Below are positions 28,566 to 38,972 of a DNA stretch of 64,000 nucleotides, in pieces. Numbering within the stretch: position 1 is the stretch's first letter; every line of letters begins with the position of its first letter. The stretch is from Acidobacteriota bacterium (GTDB lineage Bacteria; Acidobacteriota; Terriglobia; Terriglobales; Acidobacteriaceae). A model generated the notes under the pieces. That model was not told the origin of the DNA, made no database searches, and saw nothing but the letters and a program-made list of their open reading frames with translations. Location: the NCBI GenBank assembly GCA_041690775.1, contig JBEPVW010000001.1, positions 7,343 through 71,342 of the forward strand, written 5' to 3'. The translations under genes were made by a program, and so were the position numbers.

Positions 28566-29714
28566 ATGTCAACTTCCGTCGTTCCCGCGGCTGCTCCGAT
28601 TTTTCGCAAGACCTCTTTAAACACCGTTCATCGCAAGTCTGGCGCAAAGATGGTCGATTTCGGTGGCTGGGACATGCCCGTGGAATACTCCGGCTTGATC
28701 GCCGAACACATGGCTGTGCGCACGCGCGTGGGCCTGTTTGACGTGAGCCACATGGGAGAAATTCAACTTCGCGGGCCGGAGGCGCTCGATGCCGTCCAGT
28801 TCGTTTCGATGAACGACGCATCGAAGCTGAGCGAAGGGCAAGCGCAATACTCCGCTCTGCTGACGCCCGACGGGACCTTTGTCGATGACATTCTGGTCTA
28901 TAAATTCAGCCCAAACGATTACCTGCTTGTCGTCAACGCAGGCACCCGAACCAAAGATTTCGGCTGGATCAAGAAACACGCGCAACGCTTCCACTGCCAC
29001 GTCAGCGATTACAGCGACTACTACTCGCAGCTGGCAATTCAAGGCCCGCAAGCCTTGGCCGTGCTGCGGAAATTGACCAATGTCGATCTTGAAAGTATTA
29101 AGAATTACCGCTCAGTCTGGGGCCAGGTCTGCGGTCTTCATAACGTTTTGATCTCGCGCACCGGCTACACCGGCGAGGATGGCTTCGAAATTTACATCCC
29201 TTCCGATGAAGCGACCAGCGTCCGCGTTTGGAATGAAATTCTTGAAGCTGGACGCGAGTTCGATATTTTGCCCTGCGGTTTGGGAGCACGCAATACTCTG
29301 CGGCTCGAAGCCTCGATGCCGCTCTACGGCCACGAAATCACGGAAGAAACGAACGTCTTCGAGGCTGGCCTGGATCGCTTCTGCAAGCTCGATAAACCGG
29401 AGTTTCTAGGCCAGGCCACTCTTAGAAAAATTCAGGGAACCGGCGGGGTTCAGCGCCAACTGGTTGGCATGGAGATCATTGAACGGGGAATTGCGCGGGA
29501 TGGATATCCGGTATGCACCGTCGAGGGCGAAGAGATTGGAAACGTCACCAGCGGCTCGCCGGCCCCGTTTTTGAAGAAGAACATCGCGCTGGCCTACATA
29601 CCGGCAACGTACGGTCAGATCGACAACGTATTGTCCGTCCAGATTCGCGGTCAGAATGTGCGCGCCCGGATCGTCGCCCAGCCGTTCTATCGCCGTCCCA
29701 GGAAACAGCAGTGA
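28566..29714 (+). CDS. gcvT: Glycine cleavage system aminomethyltransferase (T protein)
   Basis: ORF 28497..29714 with a likely start at ATG 28566. Motifs [38 protein letters not shown] and [11 protein letters not shown]. Confidence 0.92.
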   Translation: MSTSVVPAAAPIFRKTSLNTVHRKSGAKMVDFGGWDMPVEYSGLIAEHMAVRTRVGLFDVSHMGEIQLRGPEALDAVQFVSMNDASKLSEGQAQYSALLTPDGTFVDDILVYKFSPNDYLLVVNAGTRTKDFGWIKKHAQRFHCHVSDYSDYYSQLAIQGPQALAVLRKLTNVDLESIKNYRSVWGQVCGLHNVLISRTGYTGEDGFEIYIPSDEATSVRVWNEILEAGREFDILPCGLGARNTLRLEASMPLYGHEITEETNVFEAGLDRFCKLDKPEFLGQATLRKIQGTGGVQRQLVGMEIIERGIARDGYPVCTVEGEEIGNVTSGSPAPFLKKNIALAYIPATYGQIDNVLSVQIRGQNVRARIVAQPFYRRPRKQQ

Positions 29715-29778
29715 CGGTTGAGGCAGCGAAACCAACCTCGCAATTCCTCTCGACATACAATAGAAAGTGACAAATCCT

Positions 29779-30168
29779 ATGGCATATCCCACCCATTACC
29801 GCTATACCCGCGAACATGAATGGATCAACGTAGATGGCATTGTCGGCACGGTAGGAATCACCGACTATGCCCAAAACTCACTGGGCGACATTGTGTTTGT
29901 CGATGCGCCTTCGGTGGGCACTAAGGTCGAAGAAGGCAAAGTTTTTGGCAGCGTAGAGTCGGTGAAAGCCGTTTCCGATTTGTATTCTCCAGTCAGCGGC
30001 ATGGTGACGGCGGTGAATGAGGAACTTGCCAATGCGCCGGAAAAGATCAATCAGGATGCCCATGAGGCTTGGATTATCAAGGTGCAGCTTGAGAAACCAT
30101 CCCAGGTCGATTCGCTGATGAGCGCCGAGGATTACGAAAAATTTATCTCAGAAGAAACCGCGCATTAG
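29779..30168 (+). CDS. gcvH: Glycine cleavage system H protein
   Basis: YTREHEWI.., and the lipoyl-lysine motif GSVESVKAVSDLYSPVSG. An alternative GTG start lies at 29767. Confidence 0.92.
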   Translation: MAYPTHYRYTREHEWINVDGIVGTVGITDYAQNSLGDIVFVDAPSVGTKVEEGKVFGSVESVKAVSDLYSPVSGMVTAVNEELANAPEKINQDAHEAWIIKVQLEKPSQVDSLMSAEDYEKFISEETAH

Positions 30169-30230
30169 ACATGCGCCAGGCATGGCCTCGTTGCAGAAGT
30201 TGATACTGGAAGTACAGGAAGATTCGAACC

Positions 30231-31601
30231 ATGCGCTATTTGCCCAAATCCCCAGCCGACCGCACCGACATGCTCACTGAAATCGGCGTCGGGTCGATTG
30301 ACGATCTTTTTTCCAGCATTCCGGCTGAATATCGCCTCACGGGCGATCTGAACATTCCACGGCAGATGGGCGAGCAGGAAATTGTTGAATTCTTTCGCAA
30401 AGCCGCCGACCGCAATGCCAATGGCTACGCCAGTTTTCTCGGCGCGGGCGCGTATCACCACTATCGGCCGGTGGTCATTGACGCACTGGTGCAACGCGGC
30501 GAATTTCTCACTTCGTACACACCGTACCAAGCGGAAATTTCCCAGGGTACGCTGCAGGCCATCTTTGAATTCCAGACCATGATCTGCGAGCTGACCGGGA
30601 TGGAGATCGCGAACGCGTCCATGTACGACGGCTCGACGGGCTCGGCGGAATCGGTGATGATGGCAGCGCGCGTAACTGGACGCAGTCATGTCGTGGTGGC
30701 CCAAACCGTGCATCCGGAGTACCGCGAGGTTCTGAAAACCTACGCGCAACATCAGGGACTGACGAAGCAGATTGCCGGCTATGGTGCTGATGGCCGCGTG
30801 AATCTGGAAAAACTGGAAGCCGCCATCACCGATCAGACCGCGTGCGTACTGATCCAGTCGCCCAACTTCTTTGGCGTGATTGAAGACGTTGAGGCTATCG
30901 CGGAGCTTGCGCACGCCAAAGGTGCGCTACTAATCGTGTCCATTGCGGAAGCGCTCTCGCTTGGCATTGTGCGCCCGCCAGTTGAGGCCGACATCGTGTC
31001 TCTCGAGGCGCAGTCGCTGGGGGTGCCCGTCGGCTACGGCGGCCCTTACTGTGGAGTGCTGGCCTGCAAGGAGAAATTCATCCGTCAGATGCCCGGACGC
31101 CTCACCGGAGCGACCGTCGATAAGCAGGGTCGCCGCGGATTTGTTCTGACTCTCTCGACGCGTGAGCAGCATATTCGCAGGGAAAAGGCGACATCGAATA
31201 TCTGCACGAACCAGGCCTTGGTCGCGCTGATGACCTGCATCTATCTCACGATTTATGGACGCGCGGGGATGCGCGAACTGGCCGAACAGAATCTGGCCAA
31301 AGCGCATTATGCCGCGCAGACGCTGGCGGCCACTCCGGGCAGCAAGCTTCTTTTTGCAGGATCGCCGCGCTTCAATGAATTCGTTTTGTCCACAAAGGTG
31401 CCACCAGAGGACCTGAACGCCCGGCTATTGAAGCAGAAGATTATCGGCGGGTTGTCGCTGGCGAAGTGGTATCCGGAGCTGCCGAATGCGTCCCTGTGGT
31501 GCGCTACGGAGCAGAACTCGCGAGAGCAAATCGACACCGCGGCTTTGGTCCTTGCAGGCGAGCAAGCAAAGAAACACGCATCGACACTGGCGTACGCGTA
31601 G
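30231..31601 (+). CDS. gcvPA: Glycine dehydrogenase (decarboxylating) subunit 1
   Basis: The N-terminus [20 protein letters not shown].., [21 protein letters not shown] and the 456-aa length are typical of a split P-protein alpha subunit. Confidence 0.92.
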   Translation: MRYLPKSPADRTDMLTEIGVGSIDDLFSSIPAEYRLTGDLNIPRQMGEQEIVEFFRKAADRNANGYASFLGAGAYHHYRPVVIDALVQRGEFLTSYTPYQAEISQGTLQAIFEFQTMICELTGMEIANASMYDGSTGSAESVMMAARVTGRSHVVVAQTVHPEYREVLKTYAQHQGLTKQIAGYGADGRVNLEKLEAAITDQTACVLIQSPNFFGVIEDVEAIAELAHAKGALLIVSIAEALSLGIVRPPVEADIVSLEAQSLGVPVGYGGPYCGVLACKEKFIRQMPGRLTGATVDKQGRRGFVLTLSTREQHIRREKATSNICTNQALVALMTCIYLTIYGRAGMRELAEQNLAKAHYAAQTLAATPGSKLLFAGSPRFNEFVLSTKVPPEDLNARLLKQKIIGGLSLAKWYPELPNASLWCATEQNSREQIDTAALVLAGEQAKKHASTLAYA

Positions 31602-31619
31602 ATACAGATTGGGGGTTGA

Positions 31620-33224
31620 ATGGCGACAGAAACATCGGCAGGGAACCCAACGAATTCCAGCACAGAAGCACCTTTTGTCGGGGAGCGGCACAAAGTTTCG
31701 AGCCACATCAGTCAGAATGAAGGGCTGATCTTCGAGAAGTCCTCGCCGGGGAAAAAGGCTTATCGGCTTTCGCAGCTGGACGTTCCGGCGGTCGATGCAA
31801 AGGCGCTGCTGGGGAAGGCCGCACGCGCAGATCTGGGCCTATTGCCGGAGGTGAGCGAGATAGAGATCATCCGCCACTTCACTCGTCTTTCAACATGGAA
31901 TTACGCCATCGATCTCGGAATGTATCCGTTGGGCAGCTGCACAATGAAGTACAACCCACGCGTCAACGAATTTGTCGCGCGGCTGTCCGGGATCGCCGAG
32001 GCGCATCCATATCAGCCGGAGGCGCTTTCGCAGGGTGCGATGCGGGTCATGTGGATGCTGCAGGAATGCCTGAAAGAGATCACCGGCATGGATGCCATCA
32101 CGCTGCAACCGGCGGCTGGCGCGCATGGCGAGTTCACAGGAATCCTGCTGATCCGCGCGTTTCACGCATCGAAAGGCAATCCGCGCAGAAAAATTCTGAT
32201 TCCCGACTCGGCACACGGGACCAATCCAGCGACCGCAGCAATCTGCGGCTACCAGGTGCAGAATTTAAAGTCGAACAGCCAGGGCATGGTTGACCTTGCC
32301 GAACTGGAGCAGCTCGTCGACGAAGAGACAGCCGCATTGATGTTGACGAACCCTTCCACCATTGGCGTGTTTGAGAGTGAGATTCATAAGATTGCAGATA
32401 TCCTGCACGCGAAAGGCGCGTTGCTGTACATGGACGGCGCGAACATGAATGCGCTGGTCGGAAAAACACGGCCCGGAGACTTTGGCGCTGACGTGATGCA
32501 CCTGAACCTGCACAAGACTTTTTCCACGCCGCACGGTGGGGGCGGTCCGGGTTCAGGGCCGGTGTGCTGCAAGGAGATTCTGGAACCTTTCTTGCCTACG
32601 CCGGTGCTAATCGAAAACTCCGACGGCACGCTGACCTTCCGCTATGACAATCCGCAGTCCGTCGGTCGCGTCCGCATGTTTTATGGCAACTACGGAATGT
32701 TCGTCCGCGCGTTGGCGTACATTCTCGCGAATGGTCCGGACGGCCTCCGTCAGACCACGGAAGACGCGGTGCTGAACGCCAACTACATTCGAAAAAAACT
32801 GGAAGACGTCTATGAGCTTCCCTACAAAACGGCCACGCTGCATGAGGTAGTCTTCAGCGATCGTCGTCAGGCCCGCAATGGTGTCAAGACCGGCGACATC
32901 GCCAAGCGCCTTATCGATTACGGCTTTCATCCCTACACGACTTCTTTCCCCATGATCGTCTCAGGCGCGCTGATGATTGAACCTACCGAGAGCGAGTCAA
33001 AGGAAGAGCTCGACCAGTTGATCGACGCGTTGCGCCAGATTGCGCGGGAGGCGGAAGAAAATCCAACGATTGTCCTGGGTGCGCCGTCCGCAACGCGGGT
33101 CTCGCGAATGGATGAAGTTGCCGCAGCAAGGAGGCCTGTCCTGCGCTGGCGGCCTGACACCCCGACTGGAGAAACCGCTGCAAAGGATGCGCTGGTTCCA
33201 GCCTCTCCCGCTGCGGAATACTAG
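31620..33224 (+). CDS. gcvPB: Glycine dehydrogenase (decarboxylating) subunit 2
   Basis: Motifs YPLGSCTMKYNP and NLHKTFSTPHGGGGPGSGPV (PLP-lysine region). It immediately follows gcvPA. Confidence 0.92.
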   Translation: MATETSAGNPTNSSTEAPFVGERHKVSSHISQNEGLIFEKSSPGKKAYRLSQLDVPAVDAKALLGKAARADLGLLPEVSEIEIIRHFTRLSTWNYAIDLGMYPLGSCTMKYNPRVNEFVARLSGIAEAHPYQPEALSQGAMRVMWMLQECLKEITGMDAITLQPAAGAHGEFTGILLIRAFHASKGNPRRKILIPDSAHGTNPATAAICGYQVQNLKSNSQGMVDLAELEQLVDEETAALMLTNPSTIGVFESEIHKIADILHAKGALLYMDGANMNALVGKTRPGDFGADVMHLNLHKTFSTPHGGGGPGSGPVCCKEILEPFLPTPVLIENSDGTLTFRYDNPQSVGRVRMFYGNYGMFVRALAYILANGPDGLRQTTEDAVLNANYIRKKLEDVYELPYKTATLHEVVFSDRRQARNGVKTGDIAKRLIDYGFHPYTTSFPMIVSGALMIEPTESESKEELDQLIDALRQIAREAEENPTIVLGAPSATRVSRMDEVAAARRPVLRWRPDTPTGETAAKDALVPASPAAEY

Positions 33225-33275
33225 TAGTCCGCGTCCGATTAGGCCCAGTTCCACGCGTGATACTCTCAAATTGAC

Positions 33276-33352
33276 GCGCCCGTAGCTCAGATGGATAGAG
33301 CGAACGCCTCCGAAGCGTTAGGTCGCAAGTTCGAATCTTGCCGGGCGCACCA
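33276..33352 (+). tRNA. tRNA-Arg (anticodon CCG)
   Basis: GCGCCCG-TA-GCTC-AGATGGATA-GAGC-G-AACGC-CTCCGAA-GCGTT-AGGTC-GCAAG-TTCGAAT-CTTGC-CGGGCGC-A-CCA. This is a canonical 77-nt cloverleaf. Confidence 0.9.
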
Positions 33353-33763
33353 CTCCTGCACACAGCACAGCCAACAATTTTTCCCCTCTGCCATGGCGAG
33401 CAGAACCTTGCGCAATTGTCGATGGCGATTTTCTGAACTCGCAACGTTGGTTGGAATCCCAGCCTCAATTATTGCCCCGCTCACGTGGAACGGGCGTAGT
33501 CATGCTTATTGCATAGTGCTTGTCGATACTTCGAACGCGCTCTCCACGGCGACGCGCCGCGAGGGCTGCTGAAAAAAAGCGATTGGCGATCTGCATCGTG
33601 TTGCGAGTATGTAAAAACTGCTCGGGCTGCGATTGAATAGAACTCGCGTCAGCAACGAGCAGGGAACTAATGGACTGATAACAAAAGTGTGCAAACAATT
33701 GCATAGCTTGGTCAATGAATTGCTATCTCGATTGAAAACCCCTCAAGATAGCAAGGAGCATCT

Positions 33764-35515
33764 TTGAATCAGCTATTCGCAATTTCAGCCCTCCTCTTCG
33801 TACTTGGCGCAACCACAGTTCAGGCTCAACCCGCCTGCCAAAACACCGCAAATTCCAAATGCACAACTCCGGTTATCTCTCTCTTGTCGGCTACCCCTGC
33901 GACAATAATCGCTGGCCAAAGCACGGTATTGTCCTGGAATGTGAGCGGACAAACTGCACTTACATTCTCCAGCGGAAATCTCAGAGCTCCAGTAACCCAG
34001 GCTTCCCCTGCCACGATCAGGCCTCAAGCTATTGCGACCTATACTCTGACCGCAACCAATGCCGCTGGCAGTACTTCCAGATCTGTCACGGTTACCGTGG
34101 AACCACCCGGGGTCACGCCGCCATCTCCAGCTCCTGCTCCGGGAGCTGCAAAGCTTACCGCTTGTGGAGACATCACAAGGAGTGGTGCATATTATCTGGC
34201 AAATGACGTATCCAGCACCGTCGGCTGCTTCGATATCGACGCTAATGGGGTAACACTGAATTTAAACGGCCACACGATCACCTACGACACCGGTGGAAGC
34301 AATAACTCGCCCGCCATTCAAGGGCATGATTGCTGGTCTACGACGAACCCGGTTATCTCCGGAAACTGCGGGAATAGCCATGGCGGTCTGGAAGTTTACG
34401 GCGGCACCATCCGGCAAGCCGTCAGCGGAGCTACGTTCAGCCCGGTATTCGAATTCGGCCAGTCGAATTCAATTTCGCCGGCTCCCTATGTCCACAACAT
34501 CACTGCAGTTTTCCAAAACACCGGGGCCCAGTTTTATCTTTCCCGGGACCTGCCTCCCGGCGCGAGGATCGAAAACAACACAATCTATGACAACGTAACG
34601 ACCATCAACCGGCCAGGGCAGGGTGCGCTATCGGCGCGATCCGATTTTCAGGGGCAGGCCATCTTCATCGGCCAGGGCCGGAACTATCCGGGTAGCGGCG
34701 ATCGGATCGAAGGCAACACGATTATCGGTTCTCCCCAGGGAGGGGTGTATTCCGACGATCAGTACACGATAGTGAGCGGGAACGACATCAGCATGAACGC
34801 CATAGATTCGAACGATTTTTGCGACGTGATTGCAGCGGACCATCAGGTCTTCGATCACAACAACTGCCATCCGAAAAGCGGACGCGGCGTCCATACAAAT
34901 TCCAGCTATAGCGTCATCTCCAACAACACCATCGCGGTTACAGAATTAAAGCAGAACGCGGAATACAACGGCTGCGAAGGTGGAGGTGCATTCGGCGTGC
35001 AAGTCGAGTATGACAAGGGCTTCATGCCGACTCCGCCCACGGGAATCAAGGTCACAGGGAACACCATTACGGCAAAAGCCGGGGCGTGCGACGCAATCGG
35101 GTTTCGCATCACCAGTACGTCGCCGAAAGTGAACGCTGCCTTTACCGGTAATACCGTCACTACAACGAGTGGCGGGGGTGCTGGTCAGGACCTGGGCATC
35201 AGTCTGGATTCCGAGGATGGATCGGGCCTGACATTTACGGGGAATACATTTCAATCTTCGTATGCCTACGCTGGCGGGGATTGGGACGGCTATAGCAACA
35301 CCCACATAGGGCACAACACCTGGCAAGGGAAACCGGCATACACCTTTGTTGCCGCGGATGGTGGATGCAACCCCGCGGTGCATGACAACCTGAAGGTCTG
35401 TCCAGTGGACATTACTTTCACCGATAATTTACCAAACACGGTACGTTGCGGTAACCAAAGCGAGGCCACTGTCACGATCGGAAGTCAGGTGAAGAGGTGT
35501 GGAACGGCACACTAA
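33764..35515 (+). CDS. Secreted protein: one Ig-like module + right-handed parallel beta-helix domain
   Basis: TTG start 5 nt after AAGGAG. Signal peptide ..LLFVLGATTVQAQ. The Ig-like module (ATPATIIAGQSTVLSWNVSG..ATYTLTATNAAGSTSRSVTVTV) is homologous to the repeats in 36030 and 59514. It is followed by PbH1-type repeats (NNTIYDN, EGNTIIG, SGNDIS, SNNTIAV, TGNTITA, TGNTVTT, TGNTFQS). Confidence 0.7.
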   Translation: MNQLFAISALLFVLGATTVQAQPACQNTANSKCTTPVISLLSATPATIIAGQSTVLSWNVSGQTALTFSSGNLRAPVTQASPATIRPQAIATYTLTATNAAGSTSRSVTVTVEPPGVTPPSPAPAPGAAKLTACGDITRSGAYYLANDVSSTVGCFDIDANGVTLNLNGHTITYDTGGSNNSPAIQGHDCWSTTNPVISGNCGNSHGGLEVYGGTIRQAVSGATFSPVFEFGQSNSISPAPYVHNITAVFQNTGAQFYLSRDLPPGARIENNTIYDNVTTINRPGQGALSARSDFQGQAIFIGQGRNYPGSGDRIEGNTIIGSPQGGVYSDDQYTIVSGNDISMNAIDSNDFCDVIAADHQVFDHNNCHPKSGRGVHTNSSYSVISNNTIAVTELKQNAEYNGCEGGGAFGVQVEYDKGFMPTPPTGIKVTGNTITAKAGACDAIGFRITSTSPKVNAAFTGNTVTTTSGGGAGQDLGISLDSEDGSGLTFTGNTFQSSYAYAGGDWDGYSNTHIGHNTWQGKPAYTFVAADGGCNPAVHDNLKVCPVDITFTDNLPNTVRCGNQSEATVTIGSQVKRCGTAH

Positions 35516-35552
35516 GTCAAGCGGCCCTCCAGTGCATTAGAAAAGTCGTTAT

Positions 35553-35586
35553 CGGGCACCCAAAGCAGGATGGTTTTGGGTGCCCG
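35553..35586 (+). terminator. Strong stem-loop downstream of 33764..35515
   Basis: CGGGCACCCAAA (35553..35564) pairs perfectly with TTTGGGTGCCCG (35575..35586) around a 10-nt loop. It starts 38 nt after the stop codon. No clear U-tract follows. Confidence 0.55.
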
Positions 35587-36029
35587 GCGATTTAGGTTCG
35601 AAATATAGTGGCACACCGGGGCGTCGCCTGTTTTGCCCGGGCCTCAAGCCATGCCCCAGTGGATTACGCGATGAATTGGTCTCCGAAGGATCCTCCTCGG
35701 CTCAAAGTCCCTGTTTATTACTTAACCTGCCTTGCGCCCCGACAGGGACCACACGGATGACACCTGCTAACAGGCCCGGCGGCGATTATTACCCATACCC
35801 TCAACTGCGCTATACTAATATGCCGCTGGTACAAAATATCGGCAGCCGATTCGCAATAGGGAAGCACCAGATTTTCGAATAAGAAAAGCAGCCAATTGCG
35901 AATCGAGACAAATAATAGTGAGCGTTGCCGGCTGTCGTCTGCACGACTGAATCATCTGCGTTTCGGGTTAATGTTCTGCTAGGGTTCGTTTCTAAACGTG
36001 CCGCGGCCCCCTTTGAAGGATGGTGAAGC

Positions 36030-37772
36030 GTGCGTGTACGTACTAAGTGCTTGTCATTTGTCGCGGTATGTATCTGGGCAGGGCTCATGTCCGGCTGCCG
36101 CGGTGTTGGTTTGCTGCCCTCGTTGCCCCCAGCAGCTCCGACGGCTGTATTCACGGCCGCCCCGGCGACAGTCATCACCGGAAATCCTGCAACGCTGACC
36201 TGGTCGACCACGAATGCCACCACAGTTACTATCGATCAGGGCATAGGGACCGTGGCGGCGTCAGGATCAACGACGGTGAAGCCGTCCACCACCACGCAAT
36301 ACACATTGACAGCAACCGGCGCCAACGGCACCACGACTGCAGTCGCCACTGTCACCGTTCAATCGAACGCTCCGACAGCTACCATCACTGTCTCGCCTGC
36401 GACAATCGTCGCCGGAAACTCTGCAACGTTGACGTGGACGACCACGAATGCCACCACTGTTTCCATCGATCAGGGAATTGGAATCGTTTCAGCGTCGGGA
36501 TCGACGGTCGTAATGCCAACCGTCACCACGCAATACACATTGACGGCCACGGGCACCGGCGGCAGCGTGACTGCCGCGACTACACTCACCGTGCAATCGC
36601 AGGGATTCACCAACTCGCCCATTTACCATCTCATTATCCTGATGATGCAAAACCACTCGCTGGACAATCTGTTCGGCACTTATCCGGGTGTGAACGGATT
36701 GGATTCGAAATTGCCCAGCTATCACCAGGTAGACGCGCAGGGGAACACGGTTTCGCCGAGCCTGGTGCAGACGCTGAACACTACAGATCTCAACCACGAC
36801 CGGCCGACATATCTCGCGAGCTGGGATCACGGCGCAATGGACAAGTTTGCCTTCACAAATGGCGATCTTTCCATGCAATATTACGACAACACCATCAGCG
36901 GTCTCGCCACCGACAAAAAACCGTACGGCATCAATACCCTGTGGTCCTATGCCCAGCAATATGCCCTGGCGGATAATTTTTTCATGTCTGCCATGGCCAC
37001 GGAACCGGCCCAGGAGTTGTACATGGTCGCTGCCACTGTGCATGACCTCCGCACCTCTGGAAGCCTGCCTTTCTATGACCCTTGCAGTGCTGTAGAGCAG
37101 AAAAAAAATGGCGGCGGCAGCACCATCGCAGTTCCCCTGACGGAGACCAACGTCGGGGACCAGATGACGGCGAAGCAGGTTCCGTGGGTTTTCTATCAGA
37201 CGAATTTCGCCAATTCGCAGAGCGGGACATGCACGGATTACGTCCCGCAGGAAAATCCATTCCAGTACTTCACGACCACGCAAAACTCTTCCAATATCCA
37301 GGACTTTAAGATGGCGTCGTTCAAGACCGTGCTGAGCAGCGGGACCCTGCCATCCGTGGTCTGGATCACTGAGGACGGGGCACACGACATGCATCCGGGT
37401 GGAGGCAATATTCTGGATGGAATCGAGTTTATCGATGAAATTGCGCAAGAAGTGAAAAGTTCGAGTGCGTGGCAAAACACCGCCATTGTCGTTCTATTCG
37501 ATGAGAGCGGCGGATGGTATGACCATGTGCCGCCGCCGCAGCTCGCCAATACAATCGGGCTGGGAATGCGCGTGCCGGTCATCATCATTTCTCCCTACGC
37601 GAAGACCAACTACATCTCGCATCAGCAAATGGATTTCGTCTCGATCCTCCGATTCATTCAATGGAATTGGAATTTGGGACAAATCCCTGCTGCGGGGCAG
37701 GCGGCACGGGAGCAGCAGACCGGCGATCTATGCGATCTCCTTACGTCACCCTGCGCAGCACCTGCACCGTAA
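36030..37772 (+). CDS. Lipoprotein: 2 Ig-like modules + phosphoesterase family domain (phospholipase C / AcpA acid phosphatase family)
   Basis: GTG start and lipobox ..WAGLMSGC. It has two ~85-aa repeats (PATVITGNPATLTWSTTNATTVTIDQGIG..TTQYTLTATGANG..). The catalytic domain carries IYHLIILMMQNHSLDNLFGTYPG, LADNFF, DMHPGG, LFDESGGWYDHVPPP and GMRVPVIIISPY. Confidence 0.8.
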   Translation: MRVRTKCLSFVAVCIWAGLMSGCRGVGLLPSLPPAAPTAVFTAAPATVITGNPATLTWSTTNATTVTIDQGIGTVAASGSTTVKPSTTTQYTLTATGANGTTTAVATVTVQSNAPTATITVSPATIVAGNSATLTWTTTNATTVSIDQGIGIVSASGSTVVMPTVTTQYTLTATGTGGSVTAATTLTVQSQGFTNSPIYHLIILMMQNHSLDNLFGTYPGVNGLDSKLPSYHQVDAQGNTVSPSLVQTLNTTDLNHDRPTYLASWDHGAMDKFAFTNGDLSMQYYDNTISGLATDKKPYGINTLWSYAQQYALADNFFMSAMATEPAQELYMVAATVHDLRTSGSLPFYDPCSAVEQKKNGGGSTIAVPLTETNVGDQMTAKQVPWVFYQTNFANSQSGTCTDYVPQENPFQYFTTTQNSSNIQDFKMASFKTVLSSGTLPSVVWITEDGAHDMHPGGGNILDGIEFIDEIAQEVKSSSAWQNTAIVVLFDESGGWYDHVPPPQLANTIGLGMRVPVIIISPYAKTNYISHQQMDFVSILRFIQWNWNLGQIPAAGQAAREQQTGDLCDLLTSPCAAPAP

Positions 37773-37856
37773 CTACGTGAGGTTAGACAATTCGGCCGTT
37801 GCCAAGCGCCGCGCTGCATCCGGCCCGCCGTTGTAACTAGTCTTGTCCCTGCTTAG

Positions 37857-38099
37857 ACAGCCAATGCGGCGCACTCAGTGTGCCGTATTGGCAATCCTCA
37901 GCCGACTAAAACTTCCGTCAAATCTGATCTACAAATCCATAGAACTGAATGGGCAACCTACACGCTGAATAAAGGTGATCCAGCGGGCGCCGCTCCCGCC
38001 AACTGGTGGGGAGTCACTGTCAATTACCAGATGGATGGGAATTCGAAAGCGTCGCCAAATGCCACCTATCTCGATAACTTCAGTTTCACCCACTCCTAA
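37857..38099 (+). pseudogene. Possible C-terminal relic of a further Ig/jelly-roll paralog
   Basis: This short open frame ends ..WWGVTVNYQMDGNSKASPNATYLDNFSFTHS*. It aligns by eye with the C-termini of the three downstream paralogs (..LSTNFQIDGRGASGSITVYLDNLTIYRW*). An in-frame TAG lies at 37854, and no N-terminal part is present. Confidence 0.3.
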
Positions 38100-38972
38100 G
38101 TGCCGGGCACGAACCCATCAACATTGTTCGTGCCAGCAGTACTTCTCTTCTGACCTCTAAGGGTCCGCGGTAACAGCAGCGGTAGCGAACGAAATATTTC
38201 TGGTCCCAGACAAAAAACATGCGAGCAAATCCCGCAGATGGTTACGTTGTTTTATTTCTTTATGGCGGGGTTTGGTTCATGCAATGTGAAATCCGCCGTA
38301 GAAAATTGCAGATTGTGAATCGCTATGTTTGCCCATGTGGATCGAGTATTTCAGCGGTGCATTCTGGGCCCTACTAGGCAGGCTCGTACAGAAGGCGCGT
38401 AAAGGTCAATTACAGGTTTATACCCTCTGAAAGTCGCGTCGTGTGATTGACGCTGGTATGTAAATTCCTCCAGCAGCTGCGCGTATTTTTTTCCAAAGCG
38501 AGCACAATTTCCACATCTCCTGAAAAGGATGCCTGCAATCCACAATTTTCTTCACAATTTTCTGAAAAAGGCTTTTTTACTTCCAAGAATTATGTATTAT
38601 CCATCTAGAAATCACTTGCATATTTTTGTACTTGCATATTCTGCTTTAGGCCCCCGAAGCAAGTCTTAAGACGAAATGTTAAGCGGCTGACTTAGTGCTG
38701 TAGAGAATTGCACATAAGCCCTCCGCAACATGTTCGCCCTTGAGTCAGACTTTGGTCTGGCCTAGTTGGAGATTGCATACCTCTGCATTCCGCAGCGGTG
38801 TGCAAAAAATGAGGTTGTCGAGTTTTTGTCAGGCGCATGGCGTTTGTCGCTCAGACCGGCCCAATGGTATTGGCGAACTTATTCGACTTCCCCGCACTGA
38901 CACTTGTGCAGTGGGAGGAGCCAAACGCAACCCTCAACATGCACGTGCTCGAATAACGTGCGAGGCTGATTC

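Noticed and set aside
33353-33763. Possible integrase/att site or small ORF (33465..33704, minus strand) after tRNA-Arg
   Set aside because: The 79-aa ORF has no recognisable motif or RBS, and no repeat of the tRNA 3' end was found nearby.
35580-35882. 100-aa plus-strand ORF downstream of the beta-helix gene
   Set aside because: It starts inside the terminator hairpin, has no RBS, and its composition is unremarkable. It is treated as non-coding spacer.
36047-37475. 309-aa (+) and 328-aa (-) ORFs overlapping the 2-Ig phosphoesterase gene
   Set aside because: These are alternative-frame or antisense shadows of the Thr/Ala-rich repeat region. Only the 36030..37772 frame has the signal peptide, Ig repeats and phosphoesterase motifs.
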